Translations under genes and position numbers: made by a program
The notes under the pieces: model-generated
What the model saw: the letters and a program-made list of their open reading frames with translations, nothing else
Databases searched by the model: none
Told to the model about the DNA's origin: nothing
Part shown: one piece after another, positions 13,750 to 25,810 of the stretch
How the letters are laid out: every line of letters starts with the position of its first letter
Numbering within the stretch: position 1 is the first letter of the stretch
Source of the DNA: the human T2T-CHM13v2.0 reference genome, Homo sapiens
Assembly: GCF_009914755.1 (NCBI RefSeq)
Contig: NC_060928.1
Strand: one strand, 5' to 3'
DNA: 64,000 bases

Positions 13750-14029
13750 TGTCCTGATGTTTAGAGTAACAGATGCTCCTGTGGTGGTGAGCAAGCAAGG
13801 TCAGACTTACAGATGTGAGGATTTGGGGTTGGATTCCACACTTCAGCATTGAATTGCCTTTGGAGTGGAAGCAGTTATGGCAGCAGCAGCAGCATCTTTT
13901 TAACCTCTAGCTTAAAGTTATGGTGGTGAGAACTTGACCTCAAGAGTTTAGTGGTAGCCCCAACTTTCACTCTTCCAGCCTCTCCCAAGAACCTGTAAGT
14001 ACCTAATCCCTTGTATTAATTTGCTTTCT
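13750..14029 (+). mobile_element. Possible old ERVL-type LTR fragment (LTR33/LTR16-like)
   Basis: ggcagcagcagcagc...ctgtaagtacctaatcccttgtattaa resembles an ERVL LTR 3' half; weak match. Confidence 0.3.
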
Positions 14030-15880
14030 GGGAAACTTCTAGTTTCCAGTCTGACAAGTAAATAACTTGGACCTTGTCACTCCTGTCCTTACAACAGGGA
14101 AAAACCTGAACAAACTTAAAATCAATGACCCTGCTTAGATCCATCAGAGAATTGACGTCATAGGACAAACTGCTGTCCCTAAACCTTCAGAGACACACAG
14201 TAGAATCAGAAATTCACAGCTTACTAGAAGCTGAAGCCAGTGTTGGTAGGAACAGTTAACACTGTAATGGAGGAATTACTAGAGGCTCAGCATACACTAG
14301 CTTTAAAAGTTACAAACTTCCAGGGTGTGCAGTCTTAGAGGGGCTCCCACTTTTATAAGTTTTACCTTTAGAAGTCCCAGCAGGCTCTCACTGTGAAGAT
14401 CGCAGAACAATCCCTTTGTGCTTCCTGCAGGAGGAAGGAAAAGTAATCATTTTGAAATACACCTGGAGATTTAAATTTTCCTTAACAAAGCCTGCCTTTA
14501 AGTTAAACTATAGATGGTCCCCAACTTATGATGGTGTGACTTACAATTTTTTAACTTTGTGATGGTGTAAAACTATTGCAATTTCTACACAACATATAGT
14601 ATTCAATAAATTATATGAAATATTCAATACTTTAATATAAAATAGACCTTGTGTTAGATGCTTTTGCCCAACTATAGGCGAATGTAAGCATTTTAAGCAC
14701 ATTTAAGATAGACAAGGCTAAGCTATGCTGTTTATTAGGTTAGGTATATTAATTGCATGTTCAACTTATGATATTTTCAACCTGCAATGGACTAGAGTTT
14801 TACCAAAGCCAAATTGATCTTGGGGAAAGGAAATACCCAACTCTAGCCTCCTGTGCCTTTCCTGTCTCATCTAAGGCAGGGGAGCAGAAACTGAGAAGTA
14901 AGTGAGAAGGTCATGGCCCAGGGACACAGCATACTAAGAAGCAGACCTAATGATAGGACGATAGAATGTTTTCCCTCTCTCTATACCTCACCAATATCAA
15001 TAAGGCTCCTCTATAACAGCAGAGGATTACAACTGAGAGAACTGCAAGCCTCACACCTTATTTCAGGAGTCTCTAGGAAAATGTAAATATGAGAAGAGAA
15101 ACAAAAACAAGAACACTAATGAAAATATTACCCTCTAACACCTGTAGCTACAGCAAACAGTAAATCCAGCCCAATTTCTGGGCAAATCAACATAATACCT
15201 CACACTAAAGGCATATTTACCTCCATTCATTTTACCTGTTACATCATGTCCAATGTTCAGGAAAAATTACAAGGCATGCTAAACGGCAAAAAATACAGTC
15301 TATAGAGCCAAAACAAGCATCAGAACTAGACTCAGATATGGCAGACATTTTGGAATTATGAGACCAGAATTTAAATAAACTATGATTAATATGCTAAGGC
15401 ATCTAATGGAAAAAGCAAACAACATGCAAGAACAGATGGTAATAAGATCAAAGAGATAGAAACTCTAAGAAAGACCTTAAAGGACATGCTAGAAATAAAA
15501 AACACTGTAACAGAAATGTAGATTGCCTTTAATGGGCTCATCAACAGACTAGACACAGCTAAGGAAAAAAATCAGCAAGCTTGAAGAAATGTCTATAGAA
15601 ACTTCTAAAACCGAATCCATAGAGAAAAAAGAATGAAAAAGACAAAACAAAATAGCCAAGAACTGTGGCACAATTACAAAAGATTAACATACACATAATG
15701 GAAACGCCAGAAGGACAAGAAAAAGAAAAAGGAACAAAAGAGATAATAATGGCTGAGAACTTTTTTAAACTAATGACAAGACACCAAACCAAAAATTCAG
15801 GAACTTAAGAAAATGCTGAGCAGAATAAATACCAAAAGACCTACACCTAAGTATCTCATATTCAAAATGCAGAAAATCAA
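14030..15880 (+). mobile_element. Old L1 (L1MC/L1M4-type) 5' region and decayed ORF1
   Basis: A-rich ORF1-like text (gcatcagaactagactcagatatggcag, actatgattaatatgctaagg, aatgggctcatcaacagactagacacagct, acctacacctaagtatctcatattcaaa). Confidence 0.7.
14511..14790 (-). mobile_element. Tigger-derived MITE (MER47A-like) inserted in the L1
   Basis: TA + agatggtccccaacttatgatgg terminus; aggctaagctatg...aggttaggtatatt...atgatattttcaac. Confidence 0.65.
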
Positions 15881-16399
15881 ATCCTTTTCTGCTTGAAACC
15901 ACCAAAGTTGTTTCTGTTTTCTGTACTGACCACCAATGTGACATTTCCACATAACTTCCTAAGTCTCGGTTTCTCACATAAAACAAGAGTAGTAATATCT
16001 GATTCAGAGAGATGTTATGGGAACTTTTTAACCTTTTTAACCTTTTTATTCTTTTGTAATAACAGCTTAAAACACAAACATGTTGTCCAGATGTACAAAA
16101 ATATTTCCTTTCTTTATATCCTAATCTATAGGCTTTTTTCTATTTTAGAATTTTAAAAAATATTTTCTTACTTTTTAAACTTTTTTGTTGAAAACTAAGA
16201 CACAAAGACACACATTAGCCTTAGCCTACACAGGATCAGAATCATCAATATCACTGTCTTCCGCCTCCACATCTTGTCCCGCTGGAAGGTCTTTAGGGGG
16301 AATAACATGCATGGAGTGATCATCTCCTATGATAACAACGCCTTCTTCTGGATACTTTCTGAAGGACCTTTCTGAGGCTGTTTTACAAGTAACTTTTTA

Positions 16400-16738
<339 letters not shown>

Positions 16739-16765
16739 CTAAAACAACTACTGAAAGTATACTGT

Positions 16766-17060
16766 AGCTGGGCGCAGTGGCTCAAGCCTATAATCCCAGC
16801 ACTTTGGGAGGCCAAGGCGGGCGGATCACGAGGTCACGAGATTGAGGCCATCCTGGCTAACATGGTAAAACCCCATCTCTACTAAAAATACAAAAAATTA
16901 GCCAGGCATGGTGGCGGGCACCTGTAGTCCCAGCTACTCAGGAGGCTGAGGCAGGAGAATGGTGTGAACCCAGGAGGCGGAGCTTGCAGTTAGCCGAGAT
17001 TGTGCCACTGCACTACAGCCTGGGCGACAGAGTGAGAATCCATCTCAAAAAAAAAAAAAA
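16766..17060 (+). mobile_element. AluY-type element
   Basis: Diagnostic gcggatcacgaggtc, catcctggctaac, gaatggtgtgaacc, gcggagcttgcagt; TSD gaaagtatactgt/gaaagtatagtgt. Confidence 0.93.
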
Positions 17061-18819
17061 GAAAGTATAGTGTAGTAATACATAAACCCATAACATAGTC
17101 ATTTATTATTATTATCAAGTATTATGTACTGTACATAATTGTATGTTTTATACTTCTATATAACTGGCAGTGCAGTAGGTTGTTTACACCAGCATCACCA
17201 CAAACATGTGAGTAATTTTTTGCTCTATGACATTAGGATGGCTATGATATCATTAAGCAATAGGAATTTTTCAACTCCATTACAATTTTATGGGACCACT
17301 GTCATATATGCCATCCATCATTGACCAAAAGCTTGTTGTGCAGCACGTATTTTTTTGCTCAATATGTATTAGCTACAGTTACATTATTCCAGATCATGAG
17401 GCACCATTTCAGGAATGCTTTCATTTTTCTGATGGCAAATTACTAGCCCTGGTCTGAGCCAAACCTCAGGAGGAGCTACATGGCCCCATGCTTGAGGGAG
17501 AACAGATATCAGGGTGGGAAGCCAGACAGAGCATTCTGTTAACCTCCTTGATCTCAGGGACATGCTTTTCCACTTAACTCGCCAGGGTGCTATCACTTCT
17601 TTGCCAACTTCCTGCACCATATGGCCCCATCCTATACCATGTGGCTTCTGTTCTTCCTATATGCTTGGACATTTTACTATCTTCTAATATCAGTTTTTCA
17701 ACATTTTTGCAATTTCTATATTTTTAATTCACAGGAGCTAATCCAGTTTTGATTACATTTTCCCACAGGTATAGCACAGTACTTGGAACGTAGGTAATTT
17801 TATTAACCCAAAAGACTTCTCATGCCTTTGATTAGGATACTTGGAGTTGGTATTGTACACTGTCAGTGCATAACTATAACCCAAATAATTATTGGGGTCG
17901 CATGTGGCTCCTCTCTGCTGGATGTTGCATGTAGAGATTTACAGTCCAATTGCCAAGATAAATTAAAGAGGACTCCATTCTTCATTTGTGCTCTTGAAAA
18001 GCATTAGGAAGGGTTGAGATTCATAATACAAAGCAACATTTCCCACATCCTTTCCTCTCTCCAATCTTCTCACTTGCCACACCTATTCCTAAGCTTCTTA
18101 TTCACCAACACCCTCCAATAAACTTCTCCAGGCTACCAAGTTTCACTTCCACCATCTTTATTCTCTCTGCTATAGCAAATCTCTTTACCATATTGGTTGA
18201 ATTAACTTCTGTGTCTACATCCTGTCCATTTTCTTCCAGCCTAGCTAAGCAAATGTTTTCCTCTAATCCATTTCTCCTGATTCTGTAAACAAAACAAAAC
18301 AGAATTGTTCTTGGATAAAACAAAACAAAACAACAATAACAAAAAACCTAAACAAGTGGAGATAAAAAGAAAAGTTCACATATATGTAAATCTTGATCCC
18401 ATCTCGAAGTGTAGGGGTTCCTTCCTGCTACTGCAGATTGAGTACCCTGTCCAGTCACCTCCCAACTTTGATACTGGGAGTCTTCTACCTTGGGTCTCTG
18501 CCAGCTTGCGAGAAGCCAAGTAGGGCTCCGTGGCAGGAGGACACCTCCACCTCCTCCAGCCCTAAAGCCCAGGGCCCATCTATCTCTTGTTCCTCTGGAC
18601 CCTATGCTGACCCTTTCTGGCTTTAGAAAAATAAAAACATCTTGCAAACGGGAAAAATAAAGCTCCTAGCTGCATATCTCCAATGTCCCTAAAATCAGAG
18701 AAAGTATTTATGATTTTTTCCCTCCTCCCCTAGAAGTGTAATTTTCTCTGGGAAATAAAAGAGGCAGAGGAGGACATTCGTGTCATCTAACTCTAACCCT
18801 CCTCATGTCTCCATCCAGA

Positions 18820-18975
18820 GTGTGACGGTGATGAACCAGCCAACGCCCCACTTCCCTGAGAGACTGAGTGTTTTTCTACCTCCCCAGCCTCTCCTACTGA
18901 CGCATCTGGGTGTGATAGAAGGGCCAGTCCCGGACCCTTTATAAAAGCTCGCGGTAAGGAGGCTGTTGTTCCTAA
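18820..18975 (+). promoter_or_regulatory. Candidate TATA-containing core promoter or enhancer module
   Basis: TGACG 18823, ACGCCCC 18843, CACTTCC 18849, TGACGCA 18898, TGATAG 18913 and TATAAAAG 18940 in non-repeat, locally CpG-retaining sequence. Motif evidence only. Confidence 0.35.
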
Positions 18976-19793
18976 TTGTGTATGTAGAATGTAGGATACT
19001 GGACACCTTTCATCATTAGTTCTTGATCTTAGTAACAATTTGGGGACTAAAAGAAATATCATACCAGATATCTTCACACAAAACCAATTATTGGAACTGG
19101 AAAAGAGTTAATCCCAGTGTGCGATAAAAAACAAGGGGAAAAATTTCAAATGGTTCTACTTCCATTTCATGTTGACATTCTCTAACCCAGTGTACAATAC
19201 CAATTCACTGTTTTAAAATAGGGCTGAGAACCATGGGTGGGATGTAAAATCAATTCATTCAAGCAATTGAGTGGGTCTTGGCCAGCATCATTTTAAATGA
19301 CTAGAAGAGATGAGTGTATCTTGTGAAATTTTGTTTTGGGAAGCCGCTGCTCTAACTGGTTGGGCGGAGAAAGGAAATGGAAAACTATGCATACATGGTA
19401 GGAAATCTGCTATACTGAGAATGCCACAGAAGAATCCTAAGGGAAAAAGGCTGATTTTTTCCTCTACCCTAATGAGTGTCAGCTCCAGAGAACACAGAGA
19501 ATATATAAAATACAAAGAAAGTCATGTTTTGGCATTTGAAATTTTTTTGAAGATGGAATACATTATTTCCTCAAGTTAATTTATGTCCCACCCAAGTCTG
19601 TAGACTTCCTGGAATTTTTATTAGAAATCTCAAATATAACAGTTTCCAAGTATCCCTACTGCCACTAATAAGTACTCCCTATTCCCAACTATTTCTGCTA
19701 CAGAAGCTGCTCAACTAGATTCTGAAACAGAAGAAGTTTATCTTCTCAAGGTTAACAACTATAATTATAAAAGGACATTTTGGAAATTGCTTC

Positions 19794-20473
19794 TGTGGGG
19801 TAGAATTGTATCCAATTTAGCAACTATATATTCAGATAGAATGAAAAATTAAATGTTTGGCCTTTGTCACCAGTTCCTGGCACACAGCTCCTATAACCCT
19901 TGGAATCTCCAGAGTGATGTCTTTTGTATGCTAATGAGATGACTGGTGGCTGGGGGACCCTAGGTAGCTTCAGGAAAGCGGCAGGGAACCAGACAGCCCA
20001 AGGCGTGATTAGAGGGTTGGAACTCTCAGCTTCACCCTGACTCCCCAACTCCCACTCCCCACTCCTGCCTCTTGTGACCTGGGGAGGTAGGGGGATGGCT
20101 TGAGATTAAGCTAATCACCAGTGATCAATGATTTAATCAATCATGCCCATGGAATGAGATTTCCATAAAAATCCCTAAACAACAGGATTCAGAGACCTTC
20201 CAGGTTGGGGAACACATCCATGTTTTGAGAAAGTGGCACACCTCCAACTTTATAGGGACAGAAGCTCCTGTGCTTGGGACCGTTCCAGACTTTGGCCTAT
20301 GCACCTCTTCATCTAGCTGTTCGTTTGCATCCTTTCTAATAAACTGGTAAATATAAACCAAGTGTTTCCCTGAGTTTTGTGAGCCATTCTAGCAAATTTT
20401 CAAGGCTGAAAGGGAGGTTGTGGGAAATCCCAGCTTTGTAGCCACATCAGACAGAAGCGTGGGTAACCTGGGG
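19794..20473 (+). mobile_element. MER21-family LTR (3'-truncated)
   Basis: cagttcctggcacacagctcctataacccttggaatctcc, gtgattagagggttggaact, gggacagaagctcctgtgcttgggac, agaagcgtgggtaacctgggga. Confidence 0.75.
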
Positions 20474-20475
20474 AG

Positions 20476-20860
20476 AAATTTGGCTCAATTCCAAATAAAG
20501 CATGGGCAAGTGGGAATTTATAGCCAAGGAGCAGGGAGGGAGTCACTGGATAGAAAATTGGTAAGTGGAAACGTCAGGCGTAAGGGGGATTCTGCCTAAA
20601 TCCATCCATGAAGTATTCCTGCAGCAGGCAGGCCAGGGTGATCAGGCATCACCTGGAGGCTGGTAGAGAATGAAAAATTCGATCACCATCAAGGGTGATC
20701 TGGATATCGAGGGTGAGGGATTCTGGCTAAACAGATTTAGAAGGATTCTTGCCAAAACTGGGCTCTTAAGGACGTGCCCAAGGATGGAGCCTAGTTGAAA
20801 AGGAGCCTACTTGAAAAAGAGCCCAGAAGAGTCTAAGGTTTGGTCAAGGAGATAATCTGC
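20476..20860 (-). mobile_element. MER31-like ERV1 LTR fragment
   Basis: gtgggaatttatagccaaggagcaggg, gggggattctg, agggtgatc repeats, ggattcttgccaaaactgggct. Confidence 0.55.
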
Positions 20861-21249
20861 CACTTACTCAGTGCAGTGTTTTGTACCTGGGGATATACCT
20901 GATAAATTCATTTGTGCTCATTTCATATAGCCTAGAGATTCAAATAGGAAACCACCTAGAGATTGGGCTATCTCTAGCATTTCATTTTCTCATAAAGTTT
21001 GGCAGTTCATGGAGACCATCCTGGGTCATACCATCAGAGAATCAATGTGACAGACTTAAACTGCCAGCTTTTGGCTTAAGGGGAAATTAGCCTGAATGAC
21101 CAAAACAAAACAAGTAAAATTCTATTATTAAATACCCCAGATGGTGACTAAACTAAAGTGAAAGGAAGAAGAAAAGCGCCAGTCCCTGTTTTGCAGACAA
21201 TAGGCATTAATTAAATACTTGTTGAATTATTTGAATGTGATTCTATTTC

Positions 21250-21440
21250 AGCCTCAGGCTGCCTGCGTTTAATTCCAGCCCCACTAAGTTACTAGTTTTA
21301 TTGTTCTTGGGCACTACTTTCTTAACTTCTCTAAGTCATAACTCCACATCTGTAAGATCTTGCTGTGAAGAATAACTGAGATAACTCATGGAAAGGTCTT
21401 AGCACAATGCTTAACATACTATAAGTACTTTATTTAGGTT
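21250..21440 (+). mobile_element. MIR SINE fragment
   Basis: ctgcctgcgtttaattccagcccc...cttaacttctctaag...cttagcacaatgcttaacata. Confidence 0.6.
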
Positions 21441-21620
21441 ATTCTATATAATAACAATTATTATTATTATTAGTCCTGTTCCTGAAAGTTCTTTCTAGTC
21501 AGATACTATCTGATTTCTCAAAGTAATACAACACTTTTTAGAATTATCTCTATATAGGCAAGGATTGATGTGAGAAAAAAAATAAATAAATAAAAATAAA
21601 CAAAATTATTTCTGTATAGA

Positions 21621-23842
21621 TGATATGGTTTGGCTCTGTGTTCCCACCCAAATCTCATCTTGAATTGTAACACCCATAATCACCACATGTTGAGGGAGGA
21701 ACATGGTAGGAGGTGATTGGATCATGGGGACAGTTTCTCCTATGCTGTTCTTGTGATAGTGAGTGAGTTCTATGAGATCTGGTAGTTTTATAAGGCACTT
21801 TTCCCTGTTCTTGCTCCTTCTCTCTCTCCTGCTGAAAAGGTCCTTTCTTCACCTTCACCTTTCACCATGATTGTAAGTTTCCTGAGGCCTCCCTAGCCAT
21901 GTGGAACTGTGAGTCAATTAAACCTCCTTTGTTTATAAATTACTCAGTCTTGGGCAGTATCTTTATAGCAGTGTGAAAACAGATTAATACAGTAAATTGA
22001 TACCTCAGAGAGTGGGGTACTGCTATAAAGATACGTGAAAATGTGGACGCGACTTTGGAACTGGTCATGGGCAGAGATTGGAACAGTTTGGAGAGCTCAG
22101 AAGAAGACAGAAAGATGTGGGAAAGTTTGGAACCTCATAGAGACTTATTGAATAGCTTTGACCAAAATGTTGATAGTGATATGGACAGTGAAGTCCAGGC
22201 TGAAGTGGTCTCAGGTGGAGATGAGGAACTTCTTTGGAACTGAAGCAAAGGTCACTCTTGTTATTCTTTAGCAAAGAGACTGGTGGCATTTTGCCCCTGC
22301 CCTAGAGATCTGTGGAAATTTGAACTTGAGAGAGATGATCTGAAATTGGAACTTACATTTAAAAAGGAAGCAGAGCATAAAAGTTTGGAAAATTTGCAGC
22401 CTAATGATGCAGTAGAAAAGAAAAACCCATTTTCAGGGGAGAAATTCAAGCCAGCTACAGAAATTTGCATAAGTAACAAGGAGCCAAATGTTAATCACCA
22501 AGACATTGGGGTAATATCTCCAGGGCATGTCAGAAATCTTTGCAGCAGCTCCTCCCATCACAGCCCTGGAGACCTAGGAGGGAAAAATGGTTTCCTGGAC
22601 CTGGTCCAGGGCCCTCCTGCTGTGCACAGCCTTGGGACTTGGTGCCCTGCATCCCAGCTGCATCAGCAGTGGCAAAAGGGAGCCAAGATACAGCTCAGGC
22701 CATTGCTTCAGAGGGTGCAAGCCCCAAACCTTGGCAGCTTTCATGTGGTGTTGGGCCTGCATGTACACAGAAGTCAAGAATTGAGATTTGGAAACTTCTG
22801 CCTAGATTTCAGAGGATGTATAGAAATGTCTGGATGTCCAAGCAGAAGTTTGCTGAGAGGTGAAGCCCTCATGGAGAACCTTTGCCAGGGCAATGCAGAA
22901 AGGAAATGTGGGTTTGGAGCCCCCACACAGAGTGCCCACTGGGGCACTGCCTAATAGAGCTGTGAGAAGAGGGCCACCATCCTCCAGACCCCAGAATGGT
23001 ATACTCACTGACAGCTTGCACCATGCATCTGGAAAAGCCACAGACACTCAACACCAGCCAGTGAAAGCAGCCAGGAGAGGACTGTATCCTGCAAAGCCAC
23101 AGGGTCACAGCTGCCCAAGGCTGTGGGAGCCCACTTCTTACATCAGCATGACGTGGATGTGAGACATGGAGTCAAAGGAGATTATTTAGGAGCTTTAAGA
23201 TTTACTGACTACTTTGCTGGATTTCAGACTTGCATGGAGTCTGTAGCCCCTTTGGTTTGACCAATTTCTCCCACTTGGAATGGGAGCATTTATCCAATGC
23301 CTATATCCCCATTGTATCTTGGAAGTAACTAACTTGATTTGATTTAACAAGCTCATAGGCAGAAGTGCTCTGCCTTGTCTCAGAGGAGACTTTGGACTTG
23401 TACTTTTGGATTAATGCTGGGATGAGTTAAGACTTTGGGGGACTGTTGGGAAGGCATGATTGGTTTTGAAATGTATAAAGGACATGAGATTTGGGTGGCA
23501 CCAGGGGCAGAATGATATGGTTTGGCTCTGTGTCCCCACCCAAATCTCATCTTGAATTGTAGTTCCCATAATCACTACATGTTGAGGGGGAAACCTGGTG
23601 GGAAGTGGTGACTGGATCACGGAGGTGGTTTCCTCCATGCTGTTCTCATGATAGTGAGTGAGTTCTCATGAGATCTGATGGTTTTATAAGGCAGTTTTCC
23701 CTGCTCTTGCTCCTTCTTTTTCTCTCCTGTCACAATGTGAAGAAGGTCTTTGCTTCCTCTTTGCCTTCTGTCATCACTGTAAGTTTCCTGAGGCCTTCCC
23801 AGCCATGTGGAACTGTGACTCAATTAAACCTCCTTTGTTTAT
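21621..23842 (+). mobile_element. Near-full-length THE1D-like MaLR element: 5' LTR 21621-21991, internal 21992-23512, 3' LTR 23513-23842 (last ~50 bp missing)
   Basis: tgatatggtttggctctgtg at both LTR starts; MaLR internal peptide (AFCPCPRDLWKFELERDDL); the 3' LTR stops at cctttgtttat whereas the 5' LTR continues to ...gattaataca. Confidence 0.93.
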
Positions 23843-23991
23843 CAATATATATATATCTCAGAACATCTCCTTTGGTATACATATATATGCACATATATAT
23901 ATACACACAAGCATACACACACACACACACATATATATTGGTGTATATGTATATATATATCTGAGATATAATATAATCTTGATTTAAAACC

Positions 23992-24569
23992 AGGTTAGAA
24001 TATTTAGAAAAAAAGACAATTCTAGGTCCTTTTCACCTATTTAGGCATATTTTTAAAAATATTTTTATTTTTGTGTGTTTTAAATTTTTATATTTTAAAT
24101 TAATATTAGTTTTTAATTGATAAATAATTGTATACATTAATGGATTAATGGCATACAAGGAGATGTTCTGAGATATATATATACACTATCTCATATATGT
24201 ATATATCTATATATCTCATATATGTGTATATATGTATACATATATCTCATATATGTGCATATATATACGTATATATCTCATATATGTATATACATCTCCT
24301 ATATGTGATATATATGTATACATATATCTCATATATGTGCATATATGTATACATTTATATCTCATATATGTGTGTGTATATATATATCTGAGAACATCTC
24401 CTCGTATGCCATTAATCCATTAAAGTATACAATTGATTTATCAATTAAAAACTAACATTAATTTAAAATATAAAAATTTAAAACACACAAAAATAAAAAT
24501 GTTTTTATAAATATGCCTGGATAGGTGAACTGGAACTAGAATTATCTTTTTTTCTAAATATTCTTACCT
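23992..24569. repeat. Long AT-rich inverted repeat: arms 23992-24186 and 24374-24569, 187-bp spacer
   Basis: Manual alignment of the left arm to the reverse complement of the right arm gives 13 substitutions plus one 1-bp indel over ~196 bp. Confidence 0.95.
24187..24373. repeat. TA-rich minisatellite (~20-30-bp units built on atatatctcatatatgt)
   Basis: Seven recurrences of atctc(a/c)tat separated by TA/TG runs. Confidence 0.85.
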
Positions 24570-24695
24570 AATTTTAGTTTAGATTACATTAACCTGACTA
24601 AATGAACTGGGCAGATTTCATATCCCTTTTCTACTTTTTTAAAGACCTCGTATAACATACTAAACAACTGTTCCTTAAAAGTTGAATAGAACTCA

Positions 24696-24836
24696 AGCTG
24701 GGCATGGTGGCACATTCCTGGAATCCCAGCCACTTGGGAAATGAGGTGAGAGGATCACTTGAGGCCAGGAGTTCAAGATCAGCCTGGGCAATATAGTGAG
24801 AACCTGTCTTTAAAAAAAAAAAAAAAAAAAAAAAAA
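24696..24836 (+). mobile_element. FLAM (free left Alu monomer)
   Basis: Single monomer with poly-A; flanks aagttgaatagaact/aagtttaatagaatt. Confidence 0.85.
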
Positions 24837-25125
24837 GATAAGTTTAATAGAATTTAGTTGTAAACCTGCTGAGGTGATGATGATTTTTAGGAAAGAAAGG
24901 GCTTTGACTATTATTTCAATTTCTGTAAAACTTCTTCTTTCTGACATCAATTCTGGAATTTTATATTTTTATAAATTTATTCATTTAATCAACAATGTAT
25001 ATTTCTCTTTCTATTTTTACTATAAATTTTAAAATATTCATTATCTCTCATTTTTAATTTGTGTTTTGTTATTGGCACCTTCTCTTGGTTTTATTAATCT
25101 TTTTCAATAAATTGATTTTGGCTTT

Positions 25126-25488
25126 TGATATGGTTTGGCTGTGTCCCCACCCAAATCTCATCTTGAATTGTAGCTCTCATAATTCCCACATATTGCAGGA
25201 GGGACCCAGTGGGAAGTAATTGAATCATGGAGGCTTTTTCCCCAATACTGTTTTCGTGGTTGTGAATAAGTCTCATGAGATCTGATGGTTTTATAAGGGG
25301 TTTACCCTTTTGCTTGGCTCTCATTTCTCTCTTGTCTGCCACCACGTAAGATGTGCCTTTCACCTTCCGCCAAGATTGTGAGGCCTCCACAGACATGTGG
25401 AAATGTGAGTTCATTAAACCTCTTTTTCTTTGTAAATTACCCAGTCTTGGGTAGGTCTTTATCAGCAGTGTGAAAACAGACTAATACA
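25126..25488 (+). mobile_element. THE1B-type solo LTR
   Basis: tgatatggtttggctgtgtccccacc...gactaataca; perfect 5-bp TSD gcttt. Confidence 0.92.
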
Positions 25489-25608
25489 GCTTTAAAATAA
25501 ACAAAGTGTTTCTATAGCCTGGGGAAAGAGGAAATGGTCTACGTTTTTAAAGTATTTTTAAATGTTGGTTTGTTATTTCTTTTGTTTATGCCCAGTACTC
25601 AGAATGGC

Positions 25609-25810
25609 TTTTTTATTTTATTTTATTTTATTTTATTTTATTTTATTTTTTTAGCGATGGGGTCTCTCTATGTTGCCCAGAATAGAGTACAGTGGCTATT
25701 CACAGGTAGGATCAGAGCATACTACAGCCTGAAACTCCTGGGCTCAAGCAGTCCTGCTGTCTCAGCCTCCCAGTAGCTAAGACTACGGGAGCCAGGTCAC
25801 TGTGCCTGGC
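25609..25810 (-). mobile_element. FAM (fossil Alu monomer) with (TTTTA)n tail
   Basis: Retains the 7SL-like segment cagtggctattcacagg; TSD tcagaatggc/tcagaatgac. Confidence 0.8.

Noticed and set aside
22283-22954. 223-aa ORF
   Set aside because: Fragment of the decayed THE1 internal ORF, broken by an upstream stop (22043-22243 ends separately) and frameshifts.
23668-24423. Y/I/H-rich ORFs
   Set aside because: Translations of TA/CA microsatellite sequence.
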